The translations under genes and the position numbers were made by a program. Below the pieces are notes generated by a model. It had not been told where the DNA came from. It ran no database searches and saw only the letters and a list, made by a program, of their open reading frames with translations. 32,000 bases of DNA from assembly GCF_003367075.2 (NCBI RefSeq), contig NZ_CP065936.1:90001-122000 (forward strand). Direction: 5' to 3'. The first letter of the stretch is position 1. Each line of letters starts with the position of its first letter. Of the stretch, positions 17,603 to 28,200 are shown in pieces. Origin of the DNA: Cylindrospermopsis raciborskii Cr2010. Lineage in GTDB: Bacteria; Cyanobacteriota; Cyanobacteriia; Cyanobacteriales; Nostocaceae.

Positions 17603-18814
17603 ATGCTCAAATCATTAAAGTATGTAGTAATTAGTATTATTGTCTGGCATTTGTCAAGTTTTGTCACACTGGCACAAAATCGAAAACCAACAATAGATAA
17701 GTTTTCCCCTAATCCCCTAGAAACTAATATACCAGACTCCCTCATTAGGAGTAATGTCAAAGAAAAACCATTAACTACGGAAGAATTAAAAACCTTAGAA
17801 GCTGCCTTAGATGAGTTGAATCAACAGGCTAGAATCAGGTTAGAAAGTGGAGATCAAGAAAATGCTTTTTCTATATGGAATCGAGAATTGCGACTAAGGC
17901 GATTTTTAGGAATGCCATCACAAGTACAAGCAATATCAAGAGTAGGTGCAATTGCTTGGCGAGAAAATAATCGAGAACAAGTACAGTATATCACGGAGAG
18001 CTTACGGAAAATTGAAACCCAGTTACGGAATGAAAAAAATGCTGATTTACAATTATGGCGATCGCTAGGGATAGCATATCAAAATTTGCGTTCTCCCCAG
18101 TTAGCAGTGAAGGTTTATGAGCAGGTTCTAAGTTTGGTCAAACGTGAAAATGACCCGGTTGCTGAGGTAGAAACTCTCAATCAAATAGGTGAGTTACATC
18201 TAAATTGGTTTAATTATTCCCAAGCTGCCATCACATATCAAGAACTACTGAATTTAGCAGTAACCAGAGGTGATAGAACCAATCAATTAAGGTACTTACA
18301 ACAATTGGCTTATACTTTTGAACAAAGTAAACAACCTCTTAAAGCAATTGACATACTCAATCAGTTAGCATCAATTTACAATCAACAAGACAACCAGGAG
18401 GCAATTCCCCGGTTAAAAATAGCAATAGCAGAAAATTATCAGTCCCTAGTACCACAAAATCCCTCCCTTCTTCAACCAGCATTGAACAGTTATCAAGAAG
18501 CTTATATTATTGCTTGGCAATTACAAATGTATCTAAGTGCTGGTGAAGCATTAGAAAAACTCATTGATCTTTATCGTTCGCAAAATCAAACTCGAGAAGC
18601 ATTACAAGCTAGTAAAATTCTACTAGAAACCCAAACCCTAGGCAGAAATTATTACGGACTAATGCAAGCCTATGATCAGCTGGGGGATATTTATCTACAG
18701 AAAGAAGAAAGTGACAACGCTTTAATAGCTTTTGAGCAGGGATTAAAAATTGCCCGAGAACTAAAATACCAAGAGGGTTATTTTGTCCAGAAAATTGCTG
18801 GATTGAAACCGTGA
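17603..18814 (+). CDS. TPR-repeat protein with signal peptide
   Basis: 403 aa; N-terminal hydrophobic leader (YVVISIIVWHLSSFVTLAQN) and several TPR-like units (e.g. LQLWRSLGIAYQNLRSPQLAVKVYEQVL); strong SD AGGAGGTG at 17587-17594. Confidence 0.8.
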   Translation: MLKSLKYVVISIIVWHLSSFVTLAQNRKPTIDKFSPNPLETNIPDSLIRSNVKEKPLTTEELKTLEAALDELNQQARIRLESGDQENAFSIWNRELRLRRFLGMPSQVQAISRVGAIAWRENNREQVQYITESLRKIETQLRNEKNADLQLWRSLGIAYQNLRSPQLAVKVYEQVLSLVKRENDPVAEVETLNQIGELHLNWFNYSQAAITYQELLNLAVTRGDRTNQLRYLQQLAYTFEQSKQPLKAIDILNQLASIYNQQDNQEAIPRLKIAIAENYQSLVPQNPSLLQPALNSYQEAYIIAWQLQMYLSAGEALEKLIDLYRSQNQTREALQASKILLETQTLGRNYYGLMQAYDQLGDIYLQKEESDNALIAFEQGLKIARELKYQEGYFVQKIAGLKP

Positions 18815-18833
18815 GATTTCGAGATCACGACCA

Positions 18834-19568
18834 TTAGTCCGTTAAAACTTGGATGTCAGTAAGTTGATGGATAACCACATCCGCTCCCCGTACCTGTGCC
18901 AAGTTATTGTTCCAGATAATCCCTATACAACCCCCTGCTTTAGCATCTCGTGCCATTTGCATATCACCTATAGAATCCCCTACCATTAAAGCATTTTGAG
19001 GCTGCACACCTAAAGTCTGACAAGCTTGTAGAAACAATCTAGGATCTGGTTTACCAAGGCCCTCATCCACTCCCATTTCTAATTCTAGATAGTCTCTCAA
19101 ACCATAACAAGTGACAAACTGCTCCACACCTCTAGTGCTCGCAGCTGAAAGAATCCCCAGTTTTATTCCCTGGGATGATAATAACTCCAACAGATCTAAA
19201 ACTCCTGGGTATAAAGGGCATGGGTTTTGTCCAATATATTCATGAGCTTCTTCTAAAGCTTGACGGGCGATTTTTAAACAATCAAACCATCCTCTACCAG
19301 TTTCAGCAATGTAAGCAGCAGCAGCAATTTCCGTTTCCTTACGACTGGCTACGGCCATTAAACCTGTTAAATCCAAAACATCTCCACTAATCCCCAACGC
19401 CATTGACAATGGTTCCCCAATACCCGGAATTTGTGCGTCTATTAGTCTTACTGCCTTTTGACCTAGGGATCTTAAAAAATCTTCTGAGTCTTCTAAAGTA
19501 CCGTTTTTATCGAATAAAACTGCCTGAATATCTGAAAATACAACGTTACCACATTTAATAGTAGCCAT
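18834..19568 (-). CDS. HAD-superfamily hydrolase
   Basis: 244 aa; motif I AVLFDKNGTLEDS, GILSAAS, GKPDPRLF, MVGDSIGDMQMARDAKAG. Confidence 0.87.
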   Translation of the reverse strand: MATIKCGNVVFSDIQAVLFDKNGTLEDSEDFLRSLGQKAVRLIDAQIPGIGEPLSMALGISGDVLDLTGLMAVASRKETEIAAAAYIAETGRGWFDCLKIARQALEEAHEYIGQNPCPLYPGVLDLLELLSSQGIKLGILSAASTRGVEQFVTCYGLRDYLELEMGVDEGLGKPDPRLFLQACQTLGVQPQNALMVGDSIGDMQMARDAKAGGCIGIIWNNNLAQVRGADVVIHQLTDIQVLTD

Positions 19569-19620
19569 TTAGAGCTTAACCCCCATAAAATTAATTAAGA
19601 TTAACAACGCTAGTTAGCAA

Positions 19621-19649
19621 AAACAAAAAAGAGGGGAATTACCCTCTTG
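19621..19649 (-). terminator. Intrinsic terminator downstream of rpsA
   Basis: On the minus strand AAGAGGG-TAATTC-CCCTCTT (plus 19630-19649) runs into TTTTGTTTTTG. Confidence 0.85.
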
Positions 19650-19673
19650 TTTAAGTGTTTTGCTACAGATATG

Positions 19674-20705
19674 TTACTCTTCCACGGCCACCGGGATTTC
19701 TTCTTCCACTTCAATTGCTGGTGGAATTTCTGTTTGGGCAACTACTTCTAGTTCTTCCACCGGTGCGGTTTCTGCTCCTTCCACTGGTGCAACGGCAATA
19801 CCCTGCTGTTTAGCTAACATTTGTTCCCTATACTTAGCTGCCATTTCTTCAGCCTTGTCATAGACTAAATCACGATTCTTAATCATGTCCCCGGGTTCAG
19901 GCTCCAATTGCTTGGTAGATAGAGAAATACGACCTCTCTCAGCATCTAAATCAATGATCATGACTTTAACTTCGTCATTTACATTAAATACACTATGAGG
20001 CGTATCTATATGTTCCTGAGAGATTTCAGAAATGTGCAGTAATCCGCTTACACCACCAATATCAATAAATGCACCATAAGGTTTGATGCCGCGAACAGTG
20101 CCAATTACTACCTCTCCCACTTCCAAGCGGTTCATCTTACGTTCAACCAGTGCCCGACGATGGGAGAGGACCAAGCGGTTACGCTCCTCATCCACTTCTA
20201 GGAATTTTAAGGGCAATTGTTCCCCTACTAGTTCTTCTTTGGGCTTGCGAGTGCTAATATGGGAACCTGGAATGAAACCCCTGAGTCCCTCGATTCGTAC
20301 TAATGCACCGCCACGATTAGTCGCAAAAACATCAGAACGGACAGTGGCATCTTCTTTCTGTAATTGCCGCACTCTTTCCCATGCTCTCATGTATTCAATA
20401 CGACGAATAGACAGAGTCAACTGACCATCTTCGTTTTCATCAGTGAGAATGAAAAATTCCCGCGTTTCATTTGATTGTAAGACTTCTTCCGGGGCATCCA
20501 CCCGGTTAATAGACATTTCCTGTATAGGTATGTATGCTGCTGTTTTAGCACCAATGTCAATCAGAGCGCCACGCGGCTCTATACTAAACACTGTACCTGG
20601 TACAATATCACCAGGGCTGAAGTGATAATCGTACTTATCAAGTAGAGCAGCGAAATCTTCGTGAGTAAATCCAATTTCTTTGGCGGTTAAGTTCTGATTG
20701 ACCAT
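19674..20705 (-). CDS. rpsA: 30S ribosomal protein S1
   Basis: 343 aa with three S1 RNA-binding repeats (GDIVPGTVFSIEPRGALIDIG, ATVRSDVFATNRGGALVRIEGLRGFIPGSH, GEVVIGTVRGIKPYGAFIDIGGVSGLLHISEIS). Confidence 0.93.
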   Translation of the reverse strand: MVNQNLTAKEIGFTHEDFAALLDKYDYHFSPGDIVPGTVFSIEPRGALIDIGAKTAAYIPIQEMSINRVDAPEEVLQSNETREFFILTDENEDGQLTLSIRRIEYMRAWERVRQLQKEDATVRSDVFATNRGGALVRIEGLRGFIPGSHISTRKPKEELVGEQLPLKFLEVDEERNRLVLSHRRALVERKMNRLEVGEVVIGTVRGIKPYGAFIDIGGVSGLLHISEISQEHIDTPHSVFNVNDEVKVMIIDLDAERGRISLSTKQLEPEPGDMIKNRDLVYDKAEEMAAKYREQMLAKQQGIAVAPVEGAETAPVEELEVVAQTEIPPAIEVEEEIPVAVEE

Positions 20706-20914
20706 GCTGATTTGTTCCTGGTTCTAGTCTCCGTAAGTTTTTGTCAAAGTTAACGATCTATATGCCATAAGGCGATTGTTTGTAGTGTAGCAAAAAACTA
20801 GTTAAGCTATCCCACAGGGTGGTTCTTTGCCAGTTCCTTGTAAATCTACACTTACATCCTTACCTGATCCTAGCCCGGAAGCTAGGCTTACACATATTAT
20901 CTTCCAGACAGATT

Positions 20915-20943
20915 ATTCTATCACATCTAAAAATTTTTTTCAA
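20915..20943 (-). promoter_or_regulatory. Consensus-like sigma70 promoter for rpsA
   Basis: Minus strand TTGAAA (plus 20938-20943), exactly 17 nt, TAGAAT (plus 20915-20920); predicts a leader of about 200 nt. Confidence 0.65.
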
Positions 20944-20965
20944 CTCTTGGAGAATCACAAGAAAA

Positions 20966-21016
20966 TCGCCGAAAGGCACGGTTAGACAGGAAGTGCCAAC
21001 GGCGAATTTATTCGCC
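20966..21016. other. Compound inverted repeat with two mutually exclusive stems
   Basis: TCGCCG-aaa-GGCAC (20966-20979) pairs with GTGCC-aa-CGGCGA (20993-21005). Alternatively GGCGAA (21001-21006) pairs with TTCGCC (21011-21016). Confidence 0.6.
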
Positions 21017-21172
21017 TTGATATTTAACCGTGATGCGGATCTTCAATATTCCAGTGTTGTCTTTATGTTATTTTGTGGCTGCTATTGACAAGTAGGTCTT
21101 ATCTGAGGCTATACTTTCGAAATCAACTTAAAGTAGCGGTGATGCTAAGAATTAATTTTAGCAGAATCAGTA

Positions 21173-21193
21173 GAGGCTGTTTAAGCCAGCCTC
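21173..21193 (-). terminator. Hairpin downstream of the 21260-21904 gene, possible terminator
   Basis: GAGGCTG / CAGCCTC, 7-bp stem, 7-nt loop; no good T tract. Confidence 0.4.
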
Positions 21194-21259
21194 AGAAAGT
21201 TCGTTTATGGACTCTTCAGAAATCTCCGTGTCTTTAGACCGGAGAAGCTTAAAAGCGAC

Positions 21260-21904
21260 TTAGAGATTCTCTTTTGCTTGGTCGATTATACCCTCAAGAA
21301 TCACCTGGGGATCATCCGAGTCTATTTGTAGATCTTGGGATATTTGTCGGCGCAGGGGTTCATTTTCCCGCAAAATAGCCAATAAGTCATCCTGAGTTAC
21401 TATTTGTTCTTCTGGGGATAGGTTTTCCCCTGCTGGACTTCCTACTATATCGTCGTCTGGTCCATCATATTCCCATATTGGTTCTATGGGAGTGCGGGTT
21501 AATAATTCCATGCCTATCTCGTAGGCTAGATCACCTACCTCACCCACATCTAACTCCCCTAACTGTACTAGACGAGATGCTATCTCGTTGTGGGGATTTT
21601 TGGATTTTAATAATTTATTACCAAATTTGCGTAACCAGTCTAACCATTGCTCAGTAGTGACCCGATGTTCAATCTGATCTAACCAGTTTCGCGCCCAAGT
21701 GCGTCCCTTGGCCTGACGAACCCCTGCCAAAAGTTCTGTGAACAAAAATTCTAGATCTGTGTCACTTAGGGGGGGTATAGTCTTTTTTTCGCCATTTTGT
21801 GGCGCCTGGCTAGATCTACGTCTTTGACCTGATAAAGCTTGAAACACTCTTTTTAAAATTTGTTTAAGCCATTTAATTACACGGTTTAACATCTGTTCTA
21901 TCAT
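21260..21904 (-). CDS. Conserved hypothetical protein
   Basis: 214 aa ORF of ordinary composition, no overlap with stronger features; no domain recognised. Confidence 0.65.
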   Translation of the reverse strand: MIEQMLNRVIKWLKQILKRVFQALSGQRRRSSQAPQNGEKKTIPPLSDTDLEFLFTELLAGVRQAKGRTWARNWLDQIEHRVTTEQWLDWLRKFGNKLLKSKNPHNEIASRLVQLGELDVGEVGDLAYEIGMELLTRTPIEPIWEYDGPDDDIVGSPAGENLSPEEQIVTQDDLLAILRENEPLRRQISQDLQIDSDDPQVILEGIIDQAKENL

Positions 21905-22219
21905 TTAATTTTGGATAAGTTTGGAAGCAAAGGTTTACCTTTATTGACACAATCCGGTAAACATTATATAGCTTTAGCCAGGTAGGAGTTCTGGAACCTC
22001 CTTTAAATCAAAAATTTTGTTGGAAAACCTATTTCTCAAGAGTGAGTTATAATCGTTGGGCAGCATCCGATTAGAATCTCCCATTTCTGTAGTTTTCTAC
22101 TAAATAGGTTTAACACGGTTAAATCTTTACTGATAATGTTTCAAAATTGCCTAGAATTAAAGCCTATTGACTGGTCGAAGTTCATCTAATTATATTCTGG
22201 TATAGAAACTAGCCAACCC

Positions 22220-24214
22220 ATGTCCTACGAGCCCCTACATCATAAGTATCGCCCCAAGAGTTTTGCTGAACTGGTTGGACAGGAAGCAATTGCTACCACG
22301 CTAACAAATGCTATTAGTTTGGTTAAGATTGCTCCAGCTTATTTATTTACAGGTCCCAGAGGTACAGGGAAAACTTCCAGTGCCCGGATTCTAGCTAAAT
22401 CATTAAATTGTCTCCAAACTGGTCATCCCACTCCTACCCCCTGCGGTGTATGTGACACTTGTCAAGGCATTACCAAGGGTTATTCCCTCGACGTGATTGA
22501 AATTGACGCTGCTAGTAATACGGGTGTAGATAATATTCGCGAACTAATAGAAAAGGCCCAATTCGCCCCCGTACAGTGTCGATATAAGGTTTATGTAATT
22601 GATGAGTGTCACATGTTAAGTGCAGCAGCATTTAATGCACTACTTAAAACCTTGGAGGAACCACCTAAACACGTAGTTTTTGTCCTGGCTACAACTGACC
22701 CTCAAAGAGTATTGCCAACTATTATTTCCCGTTGTCAAAGATTTGACTTTCGCCGAATTCAGTTGGAAGCAATGGTAAAACATTTATCTAAAATCGCTTA
22801 TAATGAAAATATCCCTATTTCCCAAGACGCTATTACCCTAGTCGCCCAAATATCTCAGGGGGGTTTACGAGATGCTGAAAGTTTATTAGACCAATTGGCT
22901 TTACTACCCGGAGAAGTTTCCCCAGAGCAGGTTTGGGATCTAGTCGGATCCGTTAGCGAAAAGGACTTATTTGCCCTATTACAGGCGATCGCTCAAAATG
23001 ATAGTGAGAAGGTATTAGATCACACGCGCAATATTTTAGACAGAGGTAGAGAACCCCTAATTATTCTGCAAAACCTGGGGGCTTTTTACCGAGATTTACT
23101 GATAGCTAAAACTGCCTCTAGCCGTCAGGATCTAGTGAGTTGTACTCAAGAAACATGGCAACAATTAGTTAGCTTTGCAGCTAAATTAGACATAACATTT
23201 ATTTTACGTGGACAGCAACAATTAAGAACAGCCGAGGTGCAATTAAAGAGTACCACCCAGCCACGTTTATGGCTAGAAGTGACACTACTGGGAATGCTAC
23301 CCATTACCCAGAGTTCCATGGTAGCTCCATCTAGCCCATCAGTCTATCCAGCGACTATACAAAACCAGAATGGGATTAACTACAATGTACCACCATCCCC
23401 TATTTATAAACAAGCCTATCAACAAGCCCATCAACAAGCAACCCCTAATTTAGTATCCAGTTCTTCATCACTACCCACCCATAATCCCCAGCATTCCCCT
23501 AATTATTTAGAACAAGCTACATCCAGCTCATCAGAAGCAATACCACCATCATCCGAACACGACCTAAATCAAATTTGGTATCAAGTGCTGGGCAATCTTC
23601 AACCAGCATCCAGGAGAGAAATGCTCCGTCAGATGAGTCAACTATTAGAATTCGATGGTAATTTAGCCAAGATTGGCATTAAACAAGCATGGTACGAGAA
23701 AGGTAAATCCGACCTAGGGATTATTCAAAATGCCTTTCATCAGACCTTTCAGCGTCATATTCAGATTCAGTTAGAAAAGACAAATTCCGGTAGCACCACC
23801 AGAAGAAATTCCATACCAGAAGATTCGACCCGTGTTTATCAATCACTAACCACACCAACATATCAACCAGCACCACAACCAACCCCATCACCCAAAATTG
23901 AAACAGTTCACACAGTAGTTAATAATCTAGCTAGTAACCCACCACTAGTCAATAAGTTGACGCCTAATCCAAGCACTCCATCCCCTCAACACAACAGGGA
24001 ACCAGAACCCATAGTCATAACCAATCAATTACCTAAATCTAATGGGTCAGTTTCCAACCAGGACGACAGTCAAGTAGCTAAAGCAGCTAAAAGTTTGGCT
24101 GAATTCTTCTCGGGACAAATAACTCAGCTCACAGATGACAACTTTGACCTAGCAGAAATTGGTGCATCAATGGATAGCGACCTAGAAGTATACAATCTGG
24201 ATGACTATGAGTAG
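22220..24214 (+). CDS. dnaX: DNA polymerase III subunit gamma/tau
   Basis: 664 aa; YRPKSFAELVGQEAIATTL, GPRGTGKTSSARI, zinc-binding CGVCDTC, VYVIDECHMLSAAAFNALLKTLEEPP. Confidence 0.95.
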   Translation: MSYEPLHHKYRPKSFAELVGQEAIATTLTNAISLVKIAPAYLFTGPRGTGKTSSARILAKSLNCLQTGHPTPTPCGVCDTCQGITKGYSLDVIEIDAASNTGVDNIRELIEKAQFAPVQCRYKVYVIDECHMLSAAAFNALLKTLEEPPKHVVFVLATTDPQRVLPTIISRCQRFDFRRIQLEAMVKHLSKIAYNENIPISQDAITLVAQISQGGLRDAESLLDQLALLPGEVSPEQVWDLVGSVSEKDLFALLQAIAQNDSEKVLDHTRNILDRGREPLIILQNLGAFYRDLLIAKTASSRQDLVSCTQETWQQLVSFAAKLDITFILRGQQQLRTAEVQLKSTTQPRLWLEVTLLGMLPITQSSMVAPSSPSVYPATIQNQNGINYNVPPSPIYKQAYQQAHQQATPNLVSSSSSLPTHNPQHSPNYLEQATSSSSEAIPPSSEHDLNQIWYQVLGNLQPASRREMLRQMSQLLEFDGNLAKIGIKQAWYEKGKSDLGIIQNAFHQTFQRHIQIQLEKTNSGSTTRRNSIPEDSTRVYQSLTTPTYQPAPQPTPSPKIETVHTVVNNLASNPPLVNKLTPNPSTPSPQHNREPEPIVITNQLPKSNGSVSNQDDSQVAKAAKSLAEFFSGQITQLTDDNFDLAEIGASMDSDLEVYNLDDYE

Positions 24215-24312
24215 TAACCACCCATGTAAGGTGATAAATGTGCCGATCAAACCGTAATCTCATGAAAACTGTTGTAGTCAGAACCATGTAAAAACTATCT
24301 GCTACTGTATTC

Positions 24313-25065
24313 ATGAGTAACATAATAGAATTGTCCAAATACGATGCCGCCCTAACTAGTATCAATAACGTACCAAACAATCCTGCTGGAAGTGGAATAG
24401 GAGAATTGATAATCAACTATTACAGCTCTCCACTTAACAGAAAGACAGAAATAATACAGCAAGCCTTAAACTACGGAAAGGAGGGGACAAAATTTCTCCT
24501 TTGCATTCTCAACGACAAACAAGAAAACCCAGAGGTCAAAGATGTAGTCTATAGTCTATTATTTAAATGTAGTGGATTAATCAGCTCTCTGAATAACAAC
24601 AAAACACTAATCACGGACACATCTCATACCTCTCAAGGGTCATCACTAAAAGCGGATGAACCAGCAGTTAATATTTATACACAGCTAAACAAATTACTCA
24701 AGGAGAAGAACTGGAAAGAAGCAGATTTGGAAACGGAAAAGATCATGTTGACAGTGGCAAAACGAACGGAACAAGGGTACTTACAGTTACAGGACATTGA
24801 GAATTTTCCCTGTTTTGACCTGCATACCATTGACCAATTATGGTTAGAACACAGTGGTGGAAAATTTGGTTTCTCCGTCCAGCGACGAATATATCAGAGT
24901 TTGGGAGGGGGTAAAAACTACGATCTTCTAATTTGGAGAGCATTTGGAGATCAGGTGGGATGGAGAAGAGAAGGAAAATGGCTTGACTACTCCCATATTA
25001 ACTTTGCCATAACCGCACCAGTTGGTCATTTACCCCTGTGGGGAGATGTAGATGATGGACTATAA
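24313..25065 (+). CDS. GUN4-domain protein
   Basis: 250 aa; C-terminal LLKEKNWKEADLETEKIML...DLHTIDQLWLEHSGGKFGFSVQRRIYQSLGG...NFAITAPVGHLPL is the GUN4 tetrapyrrole-binding domain. Confidence 0.88.
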   Translation: MSNIIELSKYDAALTSINNVPNNPAGSGIGELIINYYSSPLNRKTEIIQQALNYGKEGTKFLLCILNDKQENPEVKDVVYSLLFKCSGLISSLNNNKTLITDTSHTSQGSSLKADEPAVNIYTQLNKLLKEKNWKEADLETEKIMLTVAKRTEQGYLQLQDIENFPCFDLHTIDQLWLEHSGGKFGFSVQRRIYQSLGGGKNYDLLIWRAFGDQVGWRREGKWLDYSHINFAITAPVGHLPLWGDVDDGL

Positions 25066-25101
25066 CATTAGAGTTTCCCATAAAATTGCCATTTTTTAAT
25101 T

Positions 25102-25131
25102 TTTAACCTAATTATAACCTTATCTTAAACC
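25102..25131 (+). promoter_or_regulatory. Tandem Pho box (SphR/PhoB type)
   Basis: TTTAACCT (25102-25109) AAT TATAACCT (25113-25120) TAT CTTAAACC (25124-25131). Three 8-bp units with 3-bp spacers, resembling the cyanobacterial CTTAACCT unit (7/8, 6/8, 6/8). Confidence 0.75.
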
Positions 25132-25264
25132 GACTGTCTATCCTAATCTTGTATATTCTCTAGTTGTTTGTTCTTAAGAAAGTCTTTAACTATCTTGAGC
25201 TATCACCCAGAAATTTATGGATTTTCAGTTGAAATATTGGTATATTTAGAGGAGATGGACGAAT

Positions 25265-28200
25265 ATGGCAATTAGACTAAATAAGGTTGGTGGTGCCACT
25301 AGTACAACCAATTCAGAAATTCCCGCGTTTGACTCTATCAGTAAACGTCTGTATGTTGTTGCTGCTAGTGTTGTAGATATCTATACAGTGACTACAACAG
25401 GGGCATTAACCAGTGTTGGAAAACTGACCCCTGGGTTTACTCCTACTTCTGGAACAGCTGCGCCTAATAGCATTGCGATTAAAAATGGAATAGTGGCAGT
25501 TGCCTACGAAATAAAAGATACGGCCACAGGAACTCATCAGCGCGGTCGGGTTAGCTTTTTTGATGGTGGCAATGGTAACTTCATTAATTCCGTGGAAGTC
25601 GGTTTCTTACCTGATATGCTCACCTTTACCCCTGATGGTAAGAAGGTTTTAGTGGCTAATGAAGGGGAACCGAATGAGAACTATAGTTCTGATCCAGAAG
25701 GTTCTGTTAGCATCATTGACCTAACCAATGGTCCAGCTAATGCTACCGTCCAGGAAGCTAAGTTTAACGCTTTTGATAGTCAATTGGCTACCCTAAGATC
25801 CCAAGGACTGCGGGTTATTGGGAACAATACAACCCTATCGCAAGATGTGGAACCTGAGTATATTGCCGTTTCCCCCGATGGTTTAACCGCTGCAATTACC
25901 CTACAAGAAGCCAATGCGATCGCCTTTCTTGACGTTGCTAGTGCCACAATTACCAGCATCAAACCTCTAGGGCTAAAGAATCATAATCTGGTTGGTAATG
26001 GTATTGACGCTAGTGATAGAGATGTTAATGGCACTTCCAGTGGAGGTGGTAAGGTCAATATTGCTAACTGGCCAGTATTTGGCATGTATCAACCTGATGC
26101 GATCGCCAGTTTCATTAGCAATGGTCAAACCTACTATATTACAGCCAATGAAGGTGATTCCCGGGTACGTCCCACCTCTAATAATTCCTTTGGCAATGAA
26201 GGGACGATTTTCAATGAGGAGTCAAGAGTTGGAGACGCTTCCTACGTACTAGATCCTACAGTTTTCCCCAACGCTAGTGACCTGAAAAAACCTGAGAAAC
26301 TTGGTCGTTTGGTAGTTAGCAACAAATCAGGTGATACGGATGGTGATGGTGACTTTGACCAAATTCAAGCCTTTGGAGCCAGATCCTTCACCATTTGGGA
26401 TAGCAGTGGCAACTTGATCTTTGACAGTGGTGATCAGTTAGAGAAACTCACTGCCCAATTTAATCCCACAGGGTTTAACTCCGATGGTGCACCCAATGCA
26501 GGATTCGATACCCGCAGTGATAACAAAGGTCCCGAACCAGAGGGTGTGACTGTTGGCGTGATTGATGGGCGTACCTATGCCTTTGTTGGTTTAGAGCGCG
26601 TTGGTGATGTAATCGTCTATGATATTACTAATGCCAGTAACCCAACATTTGTGCAGTATGTTAATACTGCTGAAGATCGTAGCGCAGAGGGGTTGATTTT
26701 TGTCCCGTCCGTTGATAGTCCTACTGGCAAACCATTAGTAATTACTGCCAATGAAGTCAGCAACACTGTTAGTGTATTTGAAACTGTAGCAGCTATAACT
26801 AGTACAGGCAACTTCACCCTGCAAGTTCTCCATGGTTCAGACTTTGAGGGTGGCATTCCTGCTGTTACCGATGCAATTGGCTTTTCAGCTGTTGTCAATA
26901 AACTCAAGGATGATCCTAAATACAAAACCAACACGTTGATTCTCTCTTCTGGCGATAACTACATCCCAGGTGCATTTTTCAATGCTTCCAGCGATACCAG
27001 CTTGAATAATGTAGGTGGATTGGGATCTAGCACTACTCCAGTCATTGGACGCGGTGATATTGGTATTCTGAATGGGATTGGCATTCAAGCTTCCGCATTG
27101 GGCAACCATGAGTTTGACCTGGGTGTGAGACAAGTGCGTGATATTCTCAGGACAGGAAGCGGTAACCCAGGGACCAACTTCCCCTATTTGAGTACTAACC
27201 TGGATTTTAGCCCTGAAATTACAGCAGGTAACCTCAGTGCAACTGACCTGGCCGCTAACCAAAATACCGCTGATGCCAGCTCTATTAAGGGTAAAATTGC
27301 TAAAAGTACCATCATCAATGTTGCAGGTATTGATGGTATTACTGGCACTGCTGACGACCAAAGAATTGGCATTGTAGGTGCAACTACACCAACTTTGGCA
27401 AATATTTCTTCAAGTGGTAGCACTATAGTTAAGCCAGCTAACCCCATTGACTATGACGCATTAGCTGCGGAAATTCAGACTTCTGTAGATATACTCAAAG
27501 CACAGGGTATTAACAAGATTATCTTGTTAGCTCACATGCAGCAGTTGACTATTGAGCGGGATGAATTGGCGAAGCGATTGAGAGATGTGGATATCATCAT
27601 CGCGGGGGGGAACCATACTATTCTGTCTGATGCCAATGATGGGCTGAGAACAGGTGACAGCAGCAAGGGCGATTATCCCATTGTCAAGACAGGCGCAGAT
27701 GGTAAGCCTATTTTGGTGGTCAGTACAGATGCTAATTACAAGTACGTCGGGCGTTTAGTGGCTGAATTTGACCAAGATGGGGTGATTCAGGTTAATAAAC
27801 TGGATAGTGCAATTAATGGAGCTTATGCCACAGATGATGCAGGAGTTGATCGCGTCTATGGCAGTGATGTTGATCCTCGTGCTGTAGCTAACCCCAATGT
27901 GGTAGCGATCGCTGATGGGATCAAAAACCTTCTTGCTAGTAAAGACAACTTAATTGTGGGCAAAGCCAGTGTGTTTCTCAACGGTACTCGTGAGGATGTG
28001 CGCACCCAAGAAACCAACTTTGGTAACTTGACCGCTGATGCCAATCTTTGGTATGCCAAGCAGCTAGATCCCAGCGTGGTTATCGCCCTAAAAAATGGCG
28101 GTGGTATCCGGGACAATATCGGTGCCATTGGCACAGGTGCAGGAGCAATCAGCAAAGATGATGTTATTAAGCTGCCAACTCAGCCCAACCCTCTAGCACC

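Noticed and set aside
20819-21088. 89-aa plus-strand ORF upstream of rpsA
   Set aside because: It overlaps the antisense rpsA promoter and the alternative hairpin; composition is not protein-like.
22220-24214. Intein or programmed frameshift in dnaX
   Set aside because: The reading frame is continuous with no intein-like insertion in the conserved AAA+ region, and I saw no clear slippery heptamer with supporting structure.
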